Assembly (NCBI GenBank): GCA_951406725.2
Contig: OX597832.1
Coordinates: forward strand, 66,588,001-66,652,000
Source of the DNA: Octopus vulgaris
Taxonomy: Eukaryota
Length of the DNA stretch: 64,000 bases
Direction of reading: 5' to 3'
Shown here: positions 54,610 through 64,000 of the stretch, one piece after another
Layout of the letters: each line of letters starts with the position of its first letter
Numbering within the stretch: position 1 is the first letter of the stretch
Program-made: the position numbers and the translations under genes
The notes under the pieces: generated by a model
Told to the model about the DNA's origin: nothing
Seen by the model: the letters and a program-made list of their open reading frames with translations, nothing else
Database searches by the model: none

Positions 54610-55784
54610 TCAGTAGTTTTATTTTTATAGCGTGCTTTCACTTCACTACCGAGCGCAGCTCTGTGTGCCTTGGGTATGTGCTGTGATTTGTTGTGATGCT
54701 CTGATGGTTATTGTATGGAAAGTGTTCTGCGTAGGATGTGTGCAGTGCCTAGTAGTGCAATTTTCTGTATGTTATATGTGTTTGTAAGTCCTGGTGTTTT
54801 TGTTATGTATTTGTCTGAATATTTTTTATCATGCCTAATGCACCTACTATGATAGGAATTGTTTCTGTTTTCAGGTTCCACATTCTAGTTACCTCTATTT
54901 CCAGGTCTTTGTATTTTGAGAGTTTCTCCATTTCTTTTAGAGACACGTTGTCATCTGCCGGTATTGATACATCAATTAGAAAGCATTTTTTTTCTTCATG
55001 ATCTCTGACAACTATATCAGGTCTGTTGGCCTTAATTTCTCTATCTGTGTGTATCGGCATATCCCAGAGTAGGGTTGCTTTCTCGTTTTCTGTGACCTTT
55101 TCTGGTGTGTGCCTATACCATCTTTTTTTCTGTTGTTATTCCATAATGTTGGCATAGCTTCCAATGTATGTAGGTTCCAACTCTGTCATGTCTGTGAATA
55201 TATTCCTTCTTAGCCAGGACTGGGCAGCTAGAGATAATATGATTTATTGTTTCTTGTCCATCACCACATATTCTGCAGTTACTTGTAATAATTCTTTTCA
55301 TTACATGTTTTTGGTAATTTCTGGTGGGGAGGCTTTGGTCTTGTGCTGCAATTAAAAATCCCTCTGTTTCTGCTTTGAGTCCTGAGCTTCTCAACCATTG
55401 CTGGGATTTTTCTTTGTCTATTTCTTTTGCGTTTAGTTTAGTGCAGTATTTACCATGAAGGGGTTTTTCTTGCCATCGTTTTATCATGGCTCGTTGCTGT
55501 TCTATTTTTAGTTTGCATTTCATTTGTTTTATAGCTTTTGTTGTTTCTTCATCATCTTCTTCTTCTTCTTCTTTGTGTTTATTAGGTGGTATGATTTCTT
55601 GTTTGTATTTGTCAGCTTCCTTAAATACTGAGAACAGTTTTTTGTTTTGCTCGTGTTTTGCTGCTATCTGGATCAGTTTTCTTTCCTTCTGAAGTAGGTA
55701 TTTTTGCAGTCCTATGGTGGTTATTTTATAGTAGTTTTCCAGCTGTATAAGGCCTCTACCACCTTCTATACGTTGTATATATAT
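54610..55784 (-). mobile_element. Well-preserved 5'-truncated family B R4/Dong copy in (TAA)n
   Basis: ORFs 55113..55523 (KPLHGKY, AAQDQ, CRIC..H..C, RHD) and 54803..55060 (RPDIVV..FLIDV..K..KYKDL); ATT tracts on both sides. Confidence 0.94.
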
Positions 55785-55792
55785 AATCTTTC

Positions 55793-55873
<81 letters not shown>

Positions 55874-55924
55874 GTTATTATTATTATTATTATTGTTATT
55901 ATTATTATTATTATTTTGTTATTA

Positions 55925-55997
<73 letters not shown>

Positions 55998-56028
55998 CAT
56001 CATTATTATCATTATTATTTGTTATTAC
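55793..56028. repeat. Long (TTA)n microsatellite
   Basis: Direct reading. Confidence 0.95.
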
Positions 56029-56413
56029 CTGTGTATGTTTATTTTGTTGCTAAGTTTATTTGCTTTAGTTAACAATATCAGAAACAACACTTTTGCAAAA
56101 TTAAAGAAAAAATGTTTAGCAATTTTCGTCGTGTAAAAAACAAAATGGAATAATTGAAAAGCGAAGTGAGACATTTGCCGGAGGGGAAATTCATTTGATT
56201 TTCTATTTTCTACTTAGTTATGGTAACTATTAGCGTCATTACGATATGATGCGTTTACAGTCTATCGACTATAGCGCTGCGTGATTAGAATAAAAATTGT
56301 GAAAGAATTAACTTACGCATCGTTCATATGAAAGTATAGGCACACTCTCTTTCGCGCTCTTAGCTCTCTCATTTGCTTTTTGTCCCCCCCTCTCTCTCTC
56401 TCTCTCTCTCTCA

Positions 56414-56446
<33 letters not shown>

Positions 56447-56447
<1 letters not shown>

Positions 56448-57630
56448 TGGGTCACCCCAAAATAACGGAGGTTTTCCGATTGCATGAACTAAAAGTCGGA
56501 GGGAGACAAGATAAACTACCTGTTATAAAAGCAGACAGTAATTTTACTTTGTACTTATTCTTAGAGGACTTTTTCAATATTGCAGTTCGATTTTAACAGT
56601 TATTTTTTCAAAGTTATAAAGGAACTGACAACGGAGCATATTCGGCATATATTTCTTTATTAGTTCAATGAAATCAACATCGCGACGGAAAGTGTAAGGA
56701 ATATTAATGCAGTAAATAGTTACCATGCAATAAGTATCAACGGTGGTAACAGAAATTCTGAGCCGGAAACTACAGCCTAAAATATGAGCCTTCTCCTGAA
56801 AGATATGTAGAGCTAGACGAGGACGTCCTGCAAAATTGCATCGTAACTGTTATGGAATTAGCAGAGAATCTTGGATTTTGTCATTCAACCATTTATCGAC
56901 AGCAAATTGAATCAATGAGATCCTCACAAACTTTCCGCGCCTAATTCCGCGTATAAAGTTAATGTGGGTTCTTCTTTGCTGTCAAGTGTCACAAATAAAC
57001 CTTTGTATGATTCAAGTAGTGACTGGAGACGAGAAATGATTTCTCTATAAAGATGTCAAACGACAAAGACAGCGAGTAGGGAAAGGTGAAACATCGGCAT
57101 TTCGGGCCAAAGAAGGTCTTAAACAACGTAAGATCTTATCTCTTTGGTGGTTTATGAAATATTTATTACACTTTGAGCTTTTAAAACGAAGCCAAACGAT
57201 AACAAAGGAGGTCTGTTTCAGGCAGCTTAAGCGGTTTAAGTTAACGCTAGAAGGAAAACGACCAACTCTAGTTTCCAAACGAAATGTTCTTCCAACAGGA
57301 TAATGCTTGGCCACATACAACGAGGATGACATTCCACAGGCTGGAGCAATTTGAATGGGAAAGGAGGCCTCACCTACCATATTCGCCAGACATTTTTCCA
57401 TCTGATTATCATTTATGTCGTAGTGATAAAAAACATTTGGACGGGAAAAATATGAATTCTGTAGACGAGGTTGGAACAGTACAAGAGGAGTATTTTTCGT
57501 CACGGACAAGTGAAGTTTGGAAGAGGGGCCTTGCATGTCTACCAGATAAATGGAAGAGCATTGTAGTAAAACGAAGGAGAGTATATTTCAGTTTTAAAAA
57601 GAAATTTGTTCATCATATATATCGGTAATT
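56447..57630 (+). mobile_element. Degraded mariner (DD34D) transposon inserted in (TA)n; right TIR not found
   Basis: TEHIRHIFLY, VVTGDEK(W), FQQDNAWPHT and HLPYSPDIFPSDYHL; starts TA|TTGGGTCACCCCAAAATAA. Confidence 0.88.
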
Positions 57631-58882
57631 TATATTTTTTCACATCTTTGTCAAATAAAACAACACACCGTGCTATTTTGATGCCAGATCAGCCTTCGCA
57701 TTATTGCTCTTGTTGCTGTTGCTGGGTGTGAGATTGTTGCAGTTGCCCTTACTCTTTTATTAACGATCAGGTAATAATTGTCTTCCAACTGAGGCCATAC
57801 TATTGTTTTGTTGCAGGATGCGTCCTAGAATACACATTGATAATGTTTGTTTCTTTTTCTTTGCATTTAACGATAACAATAGTGTAAATCCTTCCTTAGA
57901 GATAAGTTCAAACTATCTCCAATTCTGACCAGCTGGCTTTAATGAGAAGCAGAGTACCTGTGACGGTATATTCAATGATTCAGTCAGCTGTTACGATAGA
58001 CAGGTGTGTTTACTGTTCCGAGAGACAATTGTCTTCTTGCCTTATTTTATGAGTTGCAGTTTGATGAGTGAGGCAATCATTACAAATAACAAAATAATAT
58101 TGTCACAATTAGGTCAATGATCATTTCTCTTTCGAAATATTTAAACAATATCACCGCTTCAGTAGAAAAACATTTTGAAAGAAAGAGTGATGAATTGCCC
58201 TGCAACATTTCACTGTATGTTTGTATTTAGCAAATTTAAACTAGTGAGAGGCAAGTTTTAAAATTTCGGTGAAGATTGACTATGATTATCTTAGCAATGC
58301 TGTCATGTCATTCAATTATTTAAAAGGAGGAAAAAAGAGAAAGCCAAAATCTACTGGTTCCGGACAACTACAGAACAAAAAAATAAAAGTGCTGTGACAT
58401 TGCAAATACATAATTTCATAACAGTAACATATTCGCAAGAAATTGTATTATCTGACAAAGGTGAAACTGTGTTAAATTCTTTCACCATATATAGTTTGTT
58501 AGCAACGTAACTGATTCTAACAGACGGGATATACTTATTCATTTAATAAATTGGCGGTTTTAACGCAGTTAATATAGTTAATATAACAAATACATACATT
58601 TGCACATAGCTACAGGCAAGCGCGCATATGTATTGGAATTATGTAAGCAGATACATGTTGGTAGTCTTTCCTAGTCTGAGAAAGACAGTTCTGCAAATTC
58701 GTGCTCAAAACCTGCATAAGCAATTAGTTCATTATGATTAAATGTTTGTGTTGTACATTCGCCAACTCCCTCCATCTTATAGATGTTGACTGACAATTGC
58801 TGGGTGTACCACGTGTCAGGTGTGGAAGTGATCGCAGAGCACTGTGAGACGAAGTGTTTTGTTATACCTAAGAAAGCATATG

Positions 58883-58932
<50 letters not shown>

Positions 58933-59548
58933 GCGTGTGTGTCTATGAAGGATAGAATGGACTAGTTAGAACTGGAAGATACTCGTGCATGTAAAGGGAC
59001 ACTGAAGAGGTCACATGTGTGTGACGAATATTTGCTGACATTGTAAATAGATCAAATAACAACAATAATAAATAAGTGGGGAACGAATACATAGTGCGTG
59101 TGTTTATTTTGCAGCGAAAAAATGAAAAATTACCAGCCCGGAATATATATATATATATCAATAGATAGACGCAAATATATACATGTAAGTCTGTACACAT
59201 GTGTTTATGACTATTTATGTCTGTGTTTGAACGAATTCTTATTCCTATGACTATCAACTGTATGCTGTTAGTTGGTCGAATATTGTATTTCCAAAAACAG
59301 CTATCAATTACGGTAATATTCCAGCCGAAACTAATAAGAGAAAATGAAAAATTTAAACTGTTTGAAGCTAGTTTGCATATTTTGATTACATACTTTTTCT
59401 GAAAATCTCTAAACGAACGACATATATACTGGAACCTTTCAAAATAATAGATATACAATCCCTTACCGTTTTCTGTAAAGTGGGTGTTTATCAATTCTAT
59501 TAGAGAAACACGGTATTTTACACAGATACACATATAGACGTATTGATG

Positions 59549-59624
<76 letters not shown>

Positions 59625-59644
59625 TATACATATACATACATATG

Positions 59645-59689
<45 letters not shown>

Positions 59690-60380
59690 TAAGAGAGAGA
59701 AAGACCAAAGTGTACGTACGCCGATATATGTCTATAAAAAAGAATGGGACAAGAAAGCAGCAGGCGACAACAAAACATCCAGAGAGATAGATGATACAAA
59801 AAGGGACAAGAAAAAACAAGGACGGGTCATTTGGAGTTTCCTTTCCTCTGTCGAATTCTAGATTATCGTTGCAGTTTCGGCTGGTTATACTCGAGATGGT
59901 TCCAATCTGGCCAGCCTCAACGAAAATCTAAGCTCAGAGCACCAGATTCCTTGGAAGAAAGCACCGAATGTACATGAAAACAAGGACGGAAAAAAACGGA
60001 AACGGTAAAAAACGGAAATACAAACGCAAAAGCAGGACATTAACAACAGGTGTCTTTCGACTAAGGGCGAATTAAATTAAGCCGGCGTGTATGGAAGTGA
60101 AGCCTTAGGCATAGACATAAGGGATGACAGGCATTGGAGGGAATATAGATTTTGCACGGATGGTAGTCGAACCAAGAAAGATGGGTCAGGCTTGACAGAA
60201 CACCGGTCACGTGGAAGGAGAAGAGAGAAGTAGAGTCAGGGGGTAGATGAATTAGGGAGGGACGAAAAATAAAGAAAAAGAAAAAAGGGACAGAGTGAAG
60301 TAAAAGAGGAGGGAAAGTGAGAATGAAGGGAAGGGGATGAAAGAAAGAAAGAGTGGAAAAATAAGAGAGTCAACCAAATG
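59690..60380. mobile_element. Unclassified purine-rich interspersed repeat between (TA)n tracts; partial second copy at 62035-62127
   Basis: AATGGGA.AAGAA.GCA.CAGGCGAC..CAAAACAT.CAGA..TAGATGATACAAAAGG..GAAAAAACAAGGA is present at both sites. Confidence 0.55.
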
Positions 60381-60447
<67 letters not shown>

Positions 60448-60449
<2 letters not shown>

Positions 60450-61981
60450 CAAACTGAGAAAATGGAGAAACATACTTAAATCAATCAATCATCAACCATC
60501 AGATAATACCCAATCAATACTTTATTACACCATTACATAACAGCAAAGACATTATGCATAATATATTGTAAATATAACTAGACATGGAAATATAAATATA
60601 AAATACAATTACATCATATCTGACAGCTGTTACGGCCGTGAGGACAAGTATGTCTCATTTAACCTATTAGCCATATAAAGCAGGTATAAATGAGACATTA
60701 ACAAGGATGTCTCACGGCCTCTTCAGAGAATTTAATATAAGTGTGAAAACAATTTACATATAAATATAAAAATATAAAATATAAAAATGTGTGCATAGAC
60801 ACTCATAATTCTACACATATATATATACACATTAATACAATAATACAATATAAACAAAATATATCAGTATACATTAACAAACACAGTTATTTTCCATATT
60901 GGACTCCTAGTTCCATAACTAACATCAATGAAATACATGTACAATCACATTTAAATTTAAAACAGACATATATATATATAAAAAACCCATTCCAGTTCAT
61001 TAAAATGTATAACCCTACAAAAAGTCAATAAAAATTAATATTAATATTAATAATAATAATAATAATAGTAATAATAACAACCATGATTATACCATGTACA
61101 GCAAGCAGACATCTACATATCAATAAGTCTAATTCATCTGTCCGCTTGATATTGATTATCCTAGATAGATTCGATTGGCTTATAGTTTTAAATTTGAATC
61201 ACAATCGAAATTTTACGGTTAGTTAGTCAAGAAACGCACATACGCACACGCACATCCACAGATCCAGCGCACATACATACATAATTATATGTATACACAC
61301 ACACATCCACCCACACACATACATAGCCACATACACAGCCAAATCATAAATAAATAAATAAATAAATAATATAAGAGGTATAATCGTAACTATATACATG
61401 GAAAAACAGAGAAACCTAACTGGATGCACATACATGCATGCAGACATCCAGCCCCCCCCCCAAAAAAGGACATCAAGGCCGCGGTATTAACTAAGAAGAT
61501 CCACTCACATATTTCCAAAAACATTAATTGCAAAGATACATATAATTATATCACGACATAGAATGTAATTTTTCATAAGGTACATAATTCATATGACACT
61601 GTATTTTCCATAGCCATAGTATTTTATAACTAAACGTCTACTAACTTAACCGCTATTTTATATTTCTATTTCCATGTCTAGTTATATTTACAATATATTA
61701 TGTATAATGTCTTTGCTGTTATGTAATGGTGTAATAAAGTATTGATTGGGTATTATCTGATGGTTGATGATTGATTGATTTAAGTATGTTTCTCCATTTT
61801 CTCATTTTGTATTATTAATTTACGGTAATATTTTTACCCTTGCCCACATAATGCAGTAGATGAATTAATTGCACCGCAATTTTTAACATTTATATATTAG
61901 TCTTGTTGGGTACCTCTCTAGCAGTATATTGGATATATGTTATCCCATGGTGGGTTGAATTTTCAACCCCTATCTCATTTC

Positions 61982-61985
<4 letters not shown>
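60448..61985. mobile_element. Non-coding hammerhead-bearing element with 158-bp inverted arms, between (TA)n tracts (PLE-like)
   Basis: Arms 60448-60605 and 61654-61811 (3 mismatches seen); right arm followed by a ~170-nt tail; hammerhead just inside the left arm. Confidence 0.78.
60618..60730 (-). ncRNA. Type-I hammerhead ribozyme with long stem II and one core mutation (GAAA to GTAA)
   Basis: Minus strand: TCT-CTGAAGA-GGCCGTGAG...ATGTCTCATTTA..TAAATGAGACAT...CTCACGGCC-GTAA-CAGCTG-TC-AGA. Confidence 0.72.
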
Positions 61986-62017
<32 letters not shown>

Positions 62018-62127
62018 AATATGAAAAACAACATTAAAAAATGGGATAAGAACGCAACAGGCGACGGCAAAACATGCAGACAGTTAGATGATACAAAAGG
62101 AACGAGAAAAAACAAGGATGGATCATG

Positions 62128-62300
62128 AATTAGAAACTGGAAAAATGTGGAGCAGTACGTTTTTTATAAGTGCCCTAGGAAGAGTAACAAAATGGGCTGA
62201 TTCCTGCCTAACTCAGATACCAGGAAACCCCAAAATGGCAGAAATTCAAAAGATAGTGCTCCTAAAATACTGTCTATGTAATCTCAAATTTTAAAACAAC
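62128..62300 (+). mobile_element. 3' fragment of a family A-like R4/Dong element
   Basis: ELETGKMW..ALG..ADSCLTQIPGNPKMAEIQKIVL matches 6233..6493. Confidence 0.85.
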
Positions 62301-63553
62301 TCATAATTTTCTAACGTTTGCTTAAACCTTCTCTAGAGTTAAATGCAGTAAGAGCTGGTATGAATTAAATTTATATAAGATACCATGGTGGGAGATGGTT
62401 AATCCATTCAAAAAAGAAGAATTTACTTCAGAATTGTCAATAAGGAGGGAAATATATTGTCAGTTTATATATTGTAATAGAATTCATCCAATTGTGTGAA
62501 GACATTTTTAGGGAGAAGCGTAGCTTAATCTACCTCTCTAGTTATATATGTAAGTTTGTGACGGAAAGTATTCAAATAGCTTCAGTGACATCCGTCATTT
62601 GAAAGACTGATGTCAATGGTAGATCCAATTAATCCCTGCAATCTAACAATTGTAAGATATGTTAAAGACAGATCGAACCTGGGTTAAAATCCTTGCAAAG
62701 TAGAGAACTCATTTTTAGGATCCATGCGTTCCCCGAGGATATTACAGCAAAGCAATTGTTTTCATCAATGTTTTCGACTTTCGAGTAGGTTGTGTTTCGA
62801 AGGCTATTCAGTGGAGAAGTACATAAAATCTAATGTCTTTACTTTAAAACTAGGCGGGGGTTCAGGTCTTACCTAACATATTTCTTGGCTGTTTTAAAAT
62901 GACATTTGATATTCACAAAATAATTCATTTGTGAATAATTTTATATTTCTATTTTAAGTCAAATGTCGGAAGAACGCGTTGCAATAGCGGGAGAAGAGAA
63001 GATAATAATAGCCTTATAATCGTTGCATTTATGTAGGATTCTGCCTGAAAAGAGAAAAATAAGGACACAAAATGCATTAGCACAGCTTTAAAAACATTAT
63101 CACCCTTCAAAGCCTTTCGATATAATTTCAATCCTATTATGTTGATGTTTGATATCCCAACAAAAGGGAATCCCTCTTTTGTTATATCAATAGCAAGATT
63201 ATGCAGTATACATAATGATGAGAGAAGCTGCAGAAAAGACGGTAATTTCTTGCACAAATCACAGAAAGAATACAAACCTTTTTCAAAAAGTGTTTGCAAA
63301 TGATAACACGCATAATTTTAATATTCTATGTACCCGAATTGAAACAAGTTTATCTATTTTAGTTATAAAGCTGTTATATAATTTAGACTTGTTAATTAGG
63401 TATCACGTGGGAAATTTCGTTCTCTTTCTTATCATAGAATATCAGAATTATTATTCTTTTATCATCGTGCAATATCGCTTCAATGTTGTTTCATATTAAG
63501 CATAATTGGGAATGTATTTAAGAGATATTTCCTTTCTATTTGTGGGATGCATC

Positions 63554-63631
<78 letters not shown>

Positions 63632-63660
63632 ATATATATGTATGTATACATATATGTATG

Positions 63661-63743
<83 letters not shown>

Positions 63744-64000
63744 GAGGTCTTCTCCCGTCGGTTTCGTCAAATAAATGGACCTCAAGTTGTTCGATCAACT
63801 GAATGACGAACCCATTGTGCTAGAGGGTGAAAAGCTGATGCATTCGAATTTAATCTCTCTCACACACACGATCTCTCTCTTTCTCTCTTCGTCTTTCTTC
63901 CACTCCCTTTCTTTCTCTCTCGTTCACTATCACACTCTAAAACACTCTCACGCACAATTTTCTCACACACTTTCTTCATCCTTCCGTGTTTGTTTCTCTT

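Noticed and set aside
59865-59925. Minus-strand GA-GGCTGG..CCAGCC-GAAAC as a hammerhead
   Set aside because: Stem II and GAAAC fit, but the CUGANGA box reads TCGTTGA and there is no clear cleavage triplet; needs a family consensus

Overview
AT-rich, microsatellite-saturated animal genomic DNA. It is most likely an octopus (coleoid cephalopod), inferred from the tRNA-derived SINE families and the repeat landscape. No intact protein-coding gene is visible. The window is mostly decayed transposons: about 12 copies or fragments of R4/Dong-type (RT + CCHC + restriction-like endonuclease) non-LTR retrotransposons from several families, many inserted in (TAA)n and stacked into a ~10 kb same-strand train (11.4-21.2 kb). 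There is also one RTE LINE plus a short TSD-flanked copy, an L1/Tx1 remnant, two mariner remnants and several SINEs. The most striking observation is three sequence-unrelated non-coding elements (23.5-24.1, 38.5-39.1 and 60.4-62.0 kb). Each carries a type-I hammerhead ribozyme motif with a palindromic stem III, and each has the same asymmetric inverted-repeat layout typical of Penelope-like element (PLE) insertions. One also has a tRNA-derived Pol III head, making it a candidate PLE-mobilised, ribozyme-bearing SINE/retrozyme. A possible host gene on + is hinted at by a signal-peptide exon (30649-30796) and a frame-compatible 18-nt microexon (43059-43076). All calls were made by eye; no alignment, folding or database search was run.
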